Source: Phoronis australis
Lineage: Eukaryota > Animalia > Phoronida
NCBI GenBank assembly: GCA_002633005.1
Contig: NMRA01000036.1
Coordinates: 850,440 to 914,439, forward strand
Length of the DNA stretch: 64,000 nt
Direction: 5' to 3'
In this document: piece by piece, positions 12,630 to 26,499 of the stretch
Position numbering within the stretch: the stretch's first letter is position 1
Layout: every line of letters begins with the position of its first letter
Made by a program: the position numbers and the translations under genes
Notes under the pieces: generated by a model
Databases searched by the model: none
The model's input: the letters and a program-made list of their open reading frames with translations, nothing else
What the model was told of the DNA's origin: nothing

Positions 12630-13951
12630 AAACAAAAGCAATGCGGAGCGCAGAAATGCGTCCACGATTGCATCCCAAAAGATGTGCTTCTTGCGGTGTT
12701 TATTGGTATCCTAAAAATGACCATTTGACGGCACAGAATACATTGAACACATCGGAAAATGGAAAGATATCGTTGACTCATGAAGCTATTTGCCGACTTT
12801 CATGACAATCCGTCTGAAAACTCCAAAGATACAAGGGCAAACGTAAAAAAAAATTCCATGAGGAACCATTTCGGTAATTGAATCCGTCCATCCGTTGTCA
12901 AGTAATAGGATTACAATTTAAAAGTTTAAAAATATCTTTCAAGGAGTTTAGGAGATACAGTCGTACATGCGTGCCAACATGGAGCACCACAGTAGTTGGA
13001 CCGCCTGAAAATCTAAGCCAGTCATGCTCCTGTCAGGAGGAACACATCTGCCAATTTTCATACTGATCCTACTCATGGTTTGGCGGATACAGAAGCAGAC
13101 TACAAATCAGATTAAAAAGTAATACGTTGGATCCTGCTTCACAAAATTGAAATGTGCGGTCGTTTTGTGCGCCAAATTTCACGAAAAGCATCTAGGAACT
13201 CTGCAAGTTACAGGGGCAAATGTAAAAATTGTTATTAGGGAGTACAGCTGTTGGACAGGTCTGAAACTTGTCGTCATGTGTTGCCACCTCCATATTAGCA
13301 CATCTTCTAAAATCCACTAAGACCTTGCATAGGGTAAAGATAACACAGTCGTGGAAGCAAAAATGTCACTAGGGGGCATCAGAGTAGCCGAACACATCCA
13401 AAAATCAACATCAGCCTCTGTCTTCTCACCAGGAGCACATCTTCAAATTTTAATAATGATCTTTCTAGCAGTTTGGTGGATGTAGTGGGTGACGTCAAAC
13501 ACGTACCATTTTTTAATGACCACGGGTGGCGCAGAATACGTCAAATTCGCCCAAAAATGAGAAGACGTCGTCGTTTCCTTGATAGTAATCTGTTTGCAAA
13601 ATTTCACGATAATCAAAACTGTCACCATACGTCGAATCTATCAGAAAACGGTAACCTGTCATCGTCTGTTTAACAGAAACTTATTTATTTAATTACACAA
13701 AAGTCCATCAACATGCTTCAAAGATACAGAAGACAACGGAAAAATGAAATTGCCACTAGGGGTTGGATCGTCGCTGTCTGTTGTCAACTTCACACAAATA
13801 CACTTGCCACATTTAATACAGATCCCGCAGAGATTTTAAGAGATACAGCCATAGACGCATAACTGCCACTAAGAGGCGCCACAGTAGTCACAGTGGCCCA
13901 AAAATCACCACAAGCCGTCCTCTTCACACTAGAAACATACACGCCAATTTT
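12630..13951 (+). mobile_element. Third, 3'-truncated and more diverged copy of the array element, at the 3' part of the L1/Tx1-like LINE
   Basis: Starts aaacaaaagcaatgcggag...aaatgcgtccac. Subunits carry tcactagggggcat, ccacgggtggcgc and ccactaagaggcgc. Cut at 13952 by unrelated sequence starting CAGGG. Confidence 0.6.
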
Positions 13952-14199
13952 CAGGGAGTGCGAATTTTCTATCATGCAGAAAATGACAGATTTCGCTTAA
14001 AAATTTTAGAGTAGCTGTTGATCAGTTATGAAAAACCTGTGCTGAGTGAGTAGCTCACAGGTGTGTGCCACACGATGGCCCTGTTCCGTTAGTCCTGTGG
14101 GCTCCCTACCGTGTGATACATTCCTTTGAATTCTGGACGACAACGGTAGAACATTGACTACAAATTTAAGAGAGTTGTTGTACAAATGCGACTTCGTTG

Positions 14200-14560
14200 T
14201 TGTTGCGTGGGCAACATCGAATACGTTTGTTGAAATATTCTCACAAAGAGTGAGAGATTGCGCATTTCGAGAATGAGAGAGCGGTGTGTCAAACAGTAGT
14301 AACTTGGTTCTACTTGATAAATTACAAAACAATTTATAAGTGGCCGAATATTTGGAGGTTTTAAAATGTGTGAAACTCAGAAGAAATTTTCAAAACTTCG
14401 ATGTTCAAACCATTCTCTTGAAGGAGAACGTGGAAGGGGTGAGCTGATCGTGAACTTAGAATTTGCCCATTTTGCAAGAAATTAATGATGTTAGAGATAG
14501 AAGATGAGTATTCATATTTGGTACGGTGTTTTTGTATCGGGAATGTAGGCAACTGCAATA
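14200..14560 (+). mobile_element. C-terminal remnant of an RTE-X/L2-like LINE
   Basis: SKLRCSNHSLEGERGRG...RELRICPFCKKLMMLEIEDEYSYLVRC, a zinc-knuckle tail of the RxC..C...IEDE.H...C type. Confidence 0.6.
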
Positions 14561-16928
14561 AGTGTAATTACTCAGGCAGTATAAAGTTCATGAGGTGTGT
14601 TCATGAGTCTGTCCTAGAAAAGTTTGCACTGTTTACAAAGACTGCATTCCATATCAGAAGTCTTCTGTAAATTCTCGAGATGTGACATATTTGTTTGTTT
14701 GTTGAGTAATGTACAACTCGGTAGGTGGCCATGTATGTACTTATATATTATTATTGATTAAAATGACGCAACACTACCACAAGTGGCAAACTTCTTCGAA
14801 GTACATGCATTTGTGAGAAGAGTGATAAATCTGGTACGTGAATATCTGGCAGCTGAATCAGCAAAAGAAATTTCGCTACATTTACAAAACGATACTCAGC
14901 AACCAAACAGCAACTTTGAAGATACTCGAGGTCGAACAAGAGGTGAAGAACAAAACGTTTCCGACCAACTACCAGAAACAGAAACCTCGAAGGCAACCTT
15001 AAAGCTTGCCGGGCCGCCATCAAACCGGTTAGATAAAGAAACGATGCAACAAACTCCATGGTGTCTTCGACATCGGCGATGGAACCTCCTATAGCTGTGA
15101 CACGCATCTAACATCAAAGTGTACATACAGTGACGCCAATCTGCTACTTTACTTTTTAAACCCAGCAATTTTTGTTACTCTAAAAGATCATAAATGACAT
15201 AAAGTTGCAATAAAAATGGAATTACATGTACGTTATTCGTCTTGAATTACGGGCTTCGCACATTTTCTTCATCAAAGTGGAAATCGTGATGATGCAGTCG
15301 AAGGGAAATTTACTTTTTGAGTAGTTTATTTTACTTTGAATTTTGCGATTTTGACTTTACCAAAATATCATTGAATGCGTTCTTATGAAGCGAACACCAA
15401 ATGCACAAAGATGGCGTTTCACAAAATTCGTTGAAAAATTTCTTGTTTATGACACTAATTAGTATTTTAAGTCAGTGTATCTCATGAATCCAGCAACCAT
15501 AATGACAAAGCCATCTTCACTAATTATTGGTTGCTATGGCAAAGGGTGAAAACTCCAGATAATTGACAAAGCTGTATGAAGACTTCCTCAGGATATCACG
15601 TGCACATCACTCCCAGCTCTCACCAATTATCTATAGACTGACCGTCAATTTTGTGGCTGGAAAAATTTTGTATGCACGCTACGAGGCTTCATTTCAGGAA
15701 GTTATTCAAGAGATGAGGTCCATTTGAAAACATTCTTCTGACAGGAGGTTCTTGTATGCAACCTAAGAAGTTGAAATTTCATAATTTTATATAAGCGACG
15801 AGGTCCACCAGAAAACATTCGCGCTAAGTGAGAATGCTGTGTGCACGCTATGAGTTTCAGTAATCTTAAACAAGAGGCGAGTTCTGTAAGAAAATATTCC
15901 TCTGACAGGAGGTTGTTGAAGGCATGCTATAACGTTTTATTTTAATGAAAGAGATAAGGTTCACCAGAAAGATATCATGAGAATTAAAGAGCCTGGCGGA
16001 TCTCCGATGTCGTAAGTCTTGAAAGAAATGCTTGTGTACGCCCCATAAAACAACATGCCAATTGCAAGTTTTGTTCGTGTCTTTAGGCAAGCGAGGGGAA
16101 GGGTGCTTCTAGATCCCGAAATCCCCATACAACAGGATAATTAACGATTGGAAATATTTGAATATCGATCAGGTGGCGAAATGCGGCAATAGAAATATGC
16201 ACACGAAAATATAATCTATCGTTACTTATTTCTTTTGTGAGGTTAGTTTACAACAAAGACAAGCAAGCCAAAAGTTTTAGAGCTGGCAAGACTCGTGATA
16301 TGTAATTACTTTTTATTAAATCTTTTTTGAACTCAATGACGATAGATTTTATTATCACATTCATGTACCACGAGAATTTAGCCGGTCTGATATGAAGTAA
16401 AATAAGAAGGAAATGCGTAGGAAGCAATACGTGTGGGTTAGTACCTGAAAATCAGTCATTGTTTTACGATTCTGACTAATTCATAAAACATTTTTTTTGT
16501 TTCCATGACGAAACATTTATTAATTCAACTAACCAGTACATAGTTGTGCAGAAATATGAAATCTAGTTAAGTGTACATCAAACAGAGTATCATCGCATAA
16601 GTTAATTTCTCATAAAACATTTGAATACGATTTTTTATTCAAGATTATTCAATTTATGTTGACTTTTGAAATTTTGGAGTTTAATAGTAGCGCAGACGCA
16701 GACAATGGCGTCACACTAAATAATATGCAGACCCAAGTGTGGACAAGACAGGTGACTACATTCAAACGGGATTTTTTGATTTATTGCAAAACTTGCTGTC
16801 TTAGATTGTTCCTTCCTCACAATACCAACAACATGACATAATGGACACGAAACAAAACTGGATAATCGTCATCTTGAAATCGACGCGCTTTAGAGAAGGT
16901 CAACTTGAACATTTCATAAACTCAACAT

Positions 16929-17794
16929 CAGGGTGTTCCATCGAAACAGGAACCCCGGCGTAAATCAGATATCCCAGAGTCGAAAACAAACTCCAGCACC
17001 TTCAAAACAGCCAACCAGCCCGAAAAACTCGAACTCTGACTTTTAAAACAGGAACCCCGGGGATTGGACAGGACACTCGGGACTGAAACACCACTCCCGT
17101 ACTTCTACCAAACATTGCTTAATGAAAAATAAATCTTTCTATTTTAAGTATTTGTTGTTATATGTTGTTTTACTATCTGAGAATTTTAGACAACTTGTGA
17201 CGGATTGGCGTTCTACGTTATTCTACTGCTAAAATTGTGGTGCGATATTTTGCGTCGGCTTTCGGCCGCCATGAAATATTGCGTCATCTTGGCCGGCTTC
17301 TTTTACCCCCAATTCTTCAAACAACTGTTCTTCTTCTACGAGGTTGCGTACATGTCACAACAAATTAATCAACAATGGCACTCCAAAGTCGCAATAATAT
17401 TTTCTAGAGACAGTATTGAAAAATCTGAAATTAACTAATTATTCACCGAAAACAACGTGTTGAGAGTATACATTATGTCCAAATTCTCCCACATTCAAGT
17501 TGCACGAGTTTTACCGATAAAAATCAAATATCAAAGTCAATGTAATATTTACCTATTATTATTGACAATTCTTAACAAAAATGTGGAAAATAACTGGAAA
17601 GCTATTGAAGATGCTTTAACTCAAAGTTTCAGGCAACTGACAACGGTCTCAGAAAATTTAAAAAGTCTGAGTTTCCTGTCCGATCCCCAGGGTTCCTGTT
17701 AGGGCTGGTTAGATCTTATGAAGGTGATGGAGTTTGTTTTCGACTCCGGGATATCTGTTTTACACCAGGGTTACTATTTCGATGGAACAGCTTG
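16929..17794. mobile_element. Long-TIR (~130-150 bp) non-autonomous DNA transposon
   Basis: cagggtgttccatcgaaacaggaaccccggcgtaaatcagatatcccagagtcgaaaacaaactcc is mirrored by ggagtttgttttcgactccgggatatctgttttacaccagggttactatttcgatggaacagcttg. Confidence 0.7.
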
Positions 17795-18409
17795 TAGACA
17801 TGGAATGCCAACTGCTGTATGCGACCCATGCATTCTTGAGCTAGAGCTTGCGACCCCGAGATTTAATAACAGAACTGGCTGCAAGAGTATACACAGTGAA
17901 TTTCCGGTTGTGTTCTCTAGCGTTGTAGTTAACAAACAAGCTTAATTTCGTTATCTCATCTTCATTTCGTCTTTTTTGTTCATGGAATTACCAATGGGAG
18001 ACTCTAAAAGTACAGTTCCAGATAACCAGTGATTTCTCGGCAAAGGTAGTCATCAAATCAGTTATTTACACTGGTCATTCATTATACGAAACCGAACCGT
18101 GGCCCTGGCTTGATGCCGGGAGTAGTTTGACCTCCTAATGTCTTTTCGGCTCCAGTCTAAGAGCCAGCAATTATATTTCAACAGTGTTTGGTATTTGGTT
18201 GATAAAAAGGTATCATGTTGACGTATTTAAATGCTGAACAAATATCTGTAGCCACTTTTGACAATCTATCAAACAGGATTTTTGCAACAAGACATTTTTG
18301 GGAAGTAAAATTTTGTTACAGCACAGTATTTTACGGAAAGAAGATGCATAAGTTTAGGTCCTATTAGCAGTTGTGTCTACAGTTACATAAGTTTAGGCCC
18401 TATTAGCAA

Positions 18410-18550
18410 GTGTGTTTACTCGTGTGTGTGCATGCGTGTGTGTGTGCGTGTGTGTGTGCGTGTGCGTGTGCGTGCGTGTTTGTGTGTGCGTGTGTGTTTG
18501 TGTTTGTGTNGTGTGTTTGTGTGTGTGCGTGCGTGTGTGTGTGTGTGAGT
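18410..18550. repeat. (GT)n/(GTGC)n microsatellite containing an N join
   Basis: Direct reading. N at 18510. Confidence 0.9.
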
Positions 18551-18589
18551 GTACATATGCAAGCATATGAATCATTAATTTCTTTATCT

Positions 18590-18810
18590 TCTATTTATCA
18601 TATTTTATTTTTTATTTTGATTCATCAGTCTTTCCGTGTTAATTACTTGTTCTTTGCTTATTACTTAAATTTGTCTTTCACTTTGTAATTCTGTTATTGT
18701 CTTGCTATCTGTTTGTTTTTACTGAGGGCCCCCATGGAAAGCAGTGTGAACTGATGGGGCTACCATCATTGTAAATATTACATTAATAAAATAAATAAAA
18801 TAAAATAAAT
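18590..18810 (+). mobile_element. LINE 3' UTR/tail remnant
   Basis: T-rich UTR, stem-loop gagggcccccatggaaagcagtgtgaactgatggggct and an (AAAAT/AAAT)n tail. Confidence 0.4.
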
Positions 18811-18914
18811 TAAGCCTTTTCCATTCTTTCTAGAATAGTTCATTTGTACGATGTTTACTTGATGCCAAATAAAATGTTAATTTGATTTCTGAGCAGTAAT
18901 GTCGTCTACAGTAT

Positions 18915-20661
18915 AACAAGAGCAACGCGGAGACTTTAAATGCGCCCAGAGTAGCAGCGCAAATGGTGTGCTTATGTGAGTCGTTATAATTTCGTATACT
19001 GGCCATTAGATGGTGCAGAATGCATCAAACCTATCTGAATTGAAAAGGTGGCGGCGTCTCTGTAAAGCAGAACTATTTCCAAATTTCAAGAAAATAAGCC
19101 AAGGAACTAAGATATAGAGTCAAACGTAAAAAACAATTGACGCTAGAGGCACAGCTATAGCCCGATGGGTCTGAAACTCATCGTCATCTATTGTCATCTT
19201 TATAGAAGACCATCTGCCAAATTTCGTAAAGATCCTTTAAACGTTAACGAGATACAGCCGTAGATGCAAAAAAGCAAAATTGATCCTAAGAGGCCCCAGA
19301 ATATTCAAAAACATTCGAAAATCAACATCACCCGGGTCTGCGCATCAAGACCACAACCGTCAATTTTCATAATCGTCCTTTGAATAGTTTGGCAGATAGA
19401 GAGGCAGACGTCAAAGACACACGCAAAATTTTTTTAATGGCTACCAGGTTGCGCAGAAAACATTAAATTTGTCTGAAAATGGGAAGGCGTTGTCAACACC
19501 GTAATAAATACCTATTTTCCAATTTTTCCTATTTGTCATGAAAATATATTCATGAACTCCGAATATACAGAGGAAACGCAAAAAAAATATTATTAGGGGG
19601 CACAGTGGTAATTGGATTAGTTCGATATTTGTTACCGTTTGTCGTGGGTGCCACAGGAACGTATCCTTCAATTTTCACAAAGCACCTTCAAAGCATTAAG
19701 GAGATTCGGCCTCAGACGTAAAAAAAACAAAATCACCACTAAAGGGCGACACGGTAGTTGAACCCGTCCGAAAGTCAACTTCAGTCGTGGTTTTCCCATC
19801 ATGAACACATATGTAAATACTCATAATGATCCTTTTAGCGGTATGACAGATAGGGAGGTGAACGCCAGAAAACGGACGCAAAAATATCAAAAATGGCCAC
19901 CAGATGACGCAGAAAACATCAAATCTGAAAATGGGAAGGCGTTGTAGTCTCCTTAATAGAAACCTGTTAAACGTATTCCATGAAGATACATAACTGAAAT
20001 CCGAAGATACTGTACAGAGGCAAACGTGAAAAACATTTTGGCCCTAGGGGACACACAGGTATTTGGATCAGTCCGACACTCGTTACTGTTCGTCGACGGC
20101 TCCATAAAAATACCTTATTCAAATTTCATAAAGATCCTTCGAAGGGTTACGGAGATTCTGCCGTAAACGCTAAAAAATAAAATCTCCATTAGGGGACGAC
20201 ACAGTAGTCAACTTCAGTCATAGCGTTCTCATCAGGAACACATCGGTAAATTTTTACAATGATGCTTTGAGCGATAGAGAGGCGGACGTCAGAAAACGGA
20301 CACAAAAATAACAAAAAAAGTCTACAAGGTGACGTAAAATCCTTCGAATCGGTCCGAAAATGGAATGGCATCATCGCCTTCATATTAAAAACCTATATGC
20401 CGAATTTCATTGAAATCCGTCGAGGAACTCCGAAAAAACAGAGGCAAACGTAAAAAAAATAAATTGCCGCTAGGGGCATAGCGGTATTCGGGTCGGTCCG
20501 AAATTCGTCGTCGTCTCTCGTAAGCCACATAGGAACACGCATAACAAATTTCAATAAGATCATGCGAGGGGTTTAGGAGATACGGCCACGGACGCCGGAC
20601 GCCCAGACATAGATGACGGCAACATGCACGCACACATAAATATGTGGCCTCCGCATAAAAA
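18915..20661 (+). mobile_element. Second full-length copy of the Helentron/HINE-like array element
   Basis: Same aacaagagcaacgcggag start and same subunit order. Ends ggacgccggacgcccagac...gatgacggcaacatgcacgcacacataaatatgtggcctccgcataaaaa. Confidence 0.7.
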
Positions 20662-23600
20662 CGAATTTCTTTACCTTGTAAACGATTCGGATACTTTGTG
20701 TTACCGACAGCGTACAGGTACATTGTACTTGACAATTGTCCCACTGTCATACTTTTTAAAATTTCCCTGCCATTACGTCACATCATCAAAACGTCTGCTT
20801 TCTGACACACGACGAAATTAACATATCATTCACAATTACGACTTCCTTTGCAACATAGCTTTGTCTTTCCTTTCGACCAAAAAGAAGAAAACGAGATGTT
20901 TAGATTTCGTGCGCTTTTGAGTGATGAAACTCGCGTTCGACAAAAATGCCAGGACATTTTAGTGTGTTACGGCAAACGTTTCATCCTTGCGTTTTGACAT
21001 AGACCCAGATCTCTCGCTCTTTACTCGGCTGCTCCGTTTGTTTAGTCTCCAGTGTTGACAGCTATGCTAGAGGTGTTCAAAATAACACTGTCTCTTTGCT
21101 ACAAATATTGCTATTTTCCAGGGCCCACTCTGGTTAGTACTATAACAACGGTATAAATGTGTTCCAAATGTCTCTTGTTTACGGTGACACACACTAGATG
21201 TATCAAGATTACACATTGTTACTTTTTGAAGAAATGAGTTTATTTCTAAACTTCTAACTAAAGTCCCAACTGCAATCAGTGTATATGGCTATCCAAAAGA
21301 TATTTCAAAGCTACACAATAGATATTTGCTCAGTTTAACTATCAGAAAACATTAACTCCAAATTTCGGAAATACGTTTGGAGCAATTAGTTTATCTCATC
21401 TTTGTAAATGTCACTTTATCCTCAAATTTTAATGAAGAATGGCACCAAAGGGCCAATTAACGTATAAAGATGTATAATTGTCGATGTATGCCTCACTAAA
21501 TTCTTCAGACCAACAGTGACGGATGCACATCCTAAAATCCTTGTCTTCATCCGCGAGCAGTCTTTTGAATCATTGACAATAGTTCCCTGCTTTCTTAATT
21601 AGTCACTCATAAAAAAACTCTTGATTAACTTCCTTTTGATGTTACTTTTACACTCTCAATTAATTTATATTAAAATTAACTAGTTGATTACTTCAGTGAA
21701 TGAATCGACCAATTAGTGCACGAAAGAATTTTTATTACACTCTCTAATTTTTCACATGTTGGTAGCATTCTTGTTTTCTAGAATTAAACATATTTCTTGA
21801 ACTTGTGAAGTATGCAAAATAATAAATTACTTATGGAGTAAATTATTAATTATTTGCTTCTGGTATAATCATGCAGTATTAGGAGCTACCAAAGGGATTT
21901 CTAAGGACATGACTCTTATGCAATTCGGTTGAGAAACGGCGGAGTCGCAAAAGATTTTAGCGACAGTAGAGAAGGCGACCCTTTTGCCAATTGTCTAATG
22001 TTAAAATATATATATTTGTTATTGTTTGTACCAAATACAGGATTTTATTATCGTATTAGAGCTCAGGTGGTGCTTGAACATGTGAATATATTTTAAAGGA
22101 ATTATTGTAATTATCGTCTAGATGACTTTAGGTAACGCCTATTAGCTACACGTATGCAGCGGCAGTATCCACGGCCGGCTTCCCAAATCGAGGAATGGAA
22201 AGAGATAATTCCCCGTTTCACGTTTGGGGCCATTAGATCGCAAAATATTCCAAAAAACAAAATTTGTCCAGAGTAAGTTTTCAATAATTGTAGTTCTAAA
22301 TTTTTATATATTTTGTACTAAACAAACATACCACCTTAAACCAATAATTTCAAAACAAGAAACAACACTGGAACAGACGAATTGAAACAAATCCAACGCA
22401 CGAGCGGCGGAACCTCAGCCGCGCGAACGAAGTTGGTGTTCAGTTCTATGCGCATTCTTATGTGAAGCTGTTTGAGCTGAAACAACTAATAAACAAAATC
22501 CTATTTTTCTTATTGCATAGCATATACGATAGATATGAAACATGAACAAACTCAGTATAACGGATTGTGTAGAAGCCAAAACGCTAACATTTGATGTACT
22601 CAAAACTCAGAAAAAAACGTTTATTTACACCGACGTAATAAAACTAGTAAAGCATAACAAAAATGCTGGATAGTTGTTACACATTATGGGATTACTGTTG
22701 GGTGGGATAATTTTTTGAAGCTTTAAAACAATTAAATCGTTTTCGTTTATTGAAAACACAAGGACCCGGGACCAAAATTTAGAAGCACAAATACTTAAAT
22801 TTGTGCTCCATTTTTCAATCTAAATACTCAACGTCCTTGTGAACTTAGTTACAATTGATATTTTGCCTGTGCTTGTAAAGCATGTGGAAGTCGACTTGTC
22901 CCAGCGTGTCGTTCACTTTGACAAGCGTAGTAAAATTTGCCAGCTCTTTGCCCGGCCAAAAATAACCTCTCATCTGAGTAAGGACCAAGTTTATAGTGGT
23001 CTTAACCAAACTTTAGTTTCCTCGACGGAACGCGAGTTTATTGGTGCTTTATAGTCTTTGATAATTGAGGCAACTTTATTTTTTCTTGCAGTTTCATTAA
23101 ATGTTATACGTATTATACATTGCGAAAGTAAATCACTCATTTCATAGGTAATACTGGAAAAATTCGGGTTGAATCACAGAAAGGCCTTTCCATTAGAAAA
23201 ATAATATATGTAGTACGAAAATCTTAAACTCGATACATGTATTTTTTAAATGTTATAACCGGTGTAGTTGGCCTATAATAACAAATCAAACAATCAAATG
23301 TACACAAAAAATTTCCCTGACCCCGTTATTCTTCTATGTTTATTCCAATGTCCGCAAATATAGAACCGGGCTTTTTAATGTGAACCAACTATGAAACATT
23401 TAGTTCGTACATGCATGTAATTAACATTTTCTCATGTATTGTTTCCGACCAAACTTGTCTTCTACATACTTTTACGACAAGTCCACAAAACCTATCAACA
23501 TTACCTATGTTATTAGCCACGTCACAATCATAGCAAACACAAAACAATAAGCTGAATTCGTAGATTATCGTTTCCGGGAACCACCTGTGAACGTTCTGCG

Positions 23601-25124
23601 GAGACAGGTTAACGAACAAAGGCTTAGCTTTGCTGGAAGCCACGTGTTTCAGGCGAATCTAAGTTTGATCAACGGATTAGAGTTTGGGCACTAACAAACA
23701 GGATCTAGCTGTACACGAGTAAATAAACAAGGTGCGTTTGGGAAATATTGAAATAATACAATTGAAGAGTAGTTGATGGAACGTAACAAGCCGAGACTCG
23801 ATATTTTAGGAACCAAAAAATACACGAAAACTGTGTTGTGCGCTTTGCTTTTAAGAAAACAAAAAATCGTGAATGTCATCCAAATGGGATTGGTTATAAA
23901 AATAGTGTTGAATGTAATAAAACAATTGCTCAATTAGCCCATCAGTGGTTGGTATTTTTACAAATAGTCAAACCTGCATAAAACACAGAATATAATACCC
24001 ATTTGAAATAAATGGGGTCACGTACAATGCCCACAAAATCCATACCTGTTATACCTGTGCCACACGTTCTAATTTCCAAGCTTCAAATGCAATTAAGCAA
24101 CTGGAGATGTTTTACCTTCAAAGACACAATGTTCACTGAAGAAACATTGCACAGTCTATAATTTATCAAATATATTTATGGCGAAACATCTCTATTTATG
24201 TCTTGCTCAAATTGACAATCTGCTGCAAGCAAATCACACAAAAACTAGAAAGCTCTCAATAGTAATTTTAAGTGTCTGTGATAACAGTTATGTCCGCGAA
24301 CGTTTAAGTAAATAAGAAGTACAAAGCCAGTTTAACTTGTCTTGTTGTGGTGACGAGCGTGTTGAACATAATCAGACATTCACACAGATGGACAAGCTGA
24401 TGTCCCCAAACATTTGTAACGTCATCGGTGGCCGGCATTGAAACAACTTATTCAGGAAAACAATTGCTTTGTTCCAAAACACAACGAAATTTAACATATG
24501 CATAAACATGGCTTTCTGATACGTCTCGCCATACCTATGTCACTGCAAATGACGACCTCCCAAGGTCGGACCAATTGTTACACTAATCGGCACGAGGAGT
24601 AGTAGTGAAGTTGTCTTTCAGCAAGCATTGACAATTATAATGTCACCATTACGCTAACCATCAACCGCAAATAACCCAATGCGGTAGCTTAGTCCCGGTT
24701 TTCCCTGACACCATCATCGTTGCTAGCTTGCGTGTTCACTTCCAATAATAATTTGACAGCAATAGTTTGACTTGAACTAAAACCCAAGGATTGTTAAGAA
24801 CAAACTGAACAGTTAAAATTGCACGTACCCGCTTGGTATTGTGTGCACGGATTAAACAACATGCCAGAGTACTTACTGTTGCAAAATAATTAGACACGCT
24901 CATTTCACTTTTGTAAGCAAAATACAACCAAACTAATTTACCCAGTATAACTATTATTATTGTAATCGGTATTCTTGCCATCACCTAAGTATAACCAGTC
25001 TCGTAGTAATTGTTATTCCTATCACCAATAAAAGCAAATTACTTCCATTTGTTTGTCGCTTTTAAATACATCTTCAGTCATCACTACCTTTAAGCATACA
25101 CTTTAAACAATTACAAATATTTTA

Positions 25125-25238
25125 ATTTATTATTATGATTGTTAGTATTATTATTACTAGTATAACATCATTATATTAATAATATCATCATATTGTTTTT
25201 ATTATTATTATCATTATCATTATTATTATTAATTACTA
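25125..25238. repeat. Degenerate (ATT)n microsatellite near the exon 1 donor
   Basis: Direct reading. Confidence 0.8.
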
Positions 25239-25425
25239 AACTTCTTCTCATCACATAAAGTCACTACAATATGAACACTTTCCAGCAAACTGTAATCATA
25301 AATGTAAAACGCAGCAAATCGTAACTTAAATAAATAAATAGAAAACAGTCAGCATTTTACTTGAAACACAGAATGAAAACTGGGAGAGATCCATTTGATA
25401 AGTATAATAATGAAACTGATCTTAC

Positions 25426-25964
25426 CTGCCCTGTTTTGTGATGATCATTTCCGTGGTATGTGAATGAAATTTCAGCCAGAGGTCTCTATTACACAAGTAA
25501 ACACATGCTCCGCTCCTGACACCGGGGTAAGCTTTATCATCAACTCCGCTTAGATTGTAGTCCGAGGGCATTCTTTCATACATAGATCTGTTGAAACTTT
25601 GGGGACCAGGGTAAGACCGCGATGGTTCTAGTTTTCTGCTTGGAAAGTAATTCGTACGCTGGTGACCATACACCGCGGGTATTGGGTCACACACTGGGTG
25701 GGAATGGCGGGGGGACAGATCACAACGGTCAGGGGTGGCATCTTCCGACTGATTATGACTGTCCATATGGAACTCGCGCTGTCGAGACGGCGTTATAATA
25801 GCTTGACGCAAAGCCGATAGGTGATAATCTTTGCCATGGCTCTCCTCTTTCTCGTCATCCATAGCGCCAAAATTAGTTGACTCGGGCGGATATTCTGTAA
25901 GATAAACCTCCTTACTGTCCTGTGCTAATCGCATTTGGAAGTGATTCATGTCAGTGCGAATCAT
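25426..25964 (-). CDS. Tbr/Eomes: T-brain/Eomesodermin-subfamily T-box transcription factor, first coding exon (N-terminal region plus start of T-box)
   Basis: First in-frame ATG at 25964 in ACC-ATG context. The ORF ends VYLCNRDLWLKFHSHTTEMIITKQG(R), and VYLCNR-LW-KFH...TEMIITKQGR is typical of Tbr1/Eomes. Donor AG|GTAAG after 25426, phase 2. An upstream non-coding exon is possible (tttcacag near 26000). Confidence 0.92.
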
Positions 25965-26149
25965 GGTGTCTCTAAACTGTGTGATCACAACGATGGAGCT
26001 GTGAAATTTCCCTAAATAATAATTATTTTAAAGAAAATTATCAGTTTTTCACTCTCGCGTCACAGATTGCTTCAGTTCACGCAACACACACTACAGCAAG
26101 TGCGACCAGTGACCAGTCCGGGATCATCGTCAACTTAATGAGGCTAGCT

Positions 26150-26300
26150 ACGATTTGATTGGATAATTAGCTTTAAGGTTTTGAATACGTAATCACTGAT
26201 GGATGGCTTCAAATGTCAATCAATGGTTCAGAACACCGCAATTACGTCACTCCTGCTGAGCATACAACACAAGTAGTCGGCCTGGCTGGTATATTTAGAG
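26150..26300 (-). promoter_or_regulatory. Putative proximal promoter/enhancer of the T-box gene
   Basis: Within about 150 bp: CCAAT (minus, 26158-26162), TGATGGATGG (plus, 26197-26206), TGATTGACAT (minus, 26213-26222), CRE-like GTGACGTAAT (minus, 26241-26250) and TAAATATA (minus, ~26290-26297). The TSS is unknown. Confidence 0.45.
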
Positions 26301-26499
26301 TTAGGTGTGCCTAGCTATAGATCTCGTTCCCTTGACCACGCTGAGTGCGAACCACCCAACATCAATGCATCAAATCATTTTCCATCTACATACTTGTACC
26401 AACACCATACGCAAGTTATGCAAACTGTTTGGTTCAACATGTTACCAAATTTAACTGAAAAGTTGTGTTACTTACTGTGATATTGTGACAATAAAATCA

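Noticed and set aside
14783-15094. 103-aa hydrophilic ORF inside the T-box intron
   Set aside because: Non-ATG start, embedded among TE debris, no recognisable motif.
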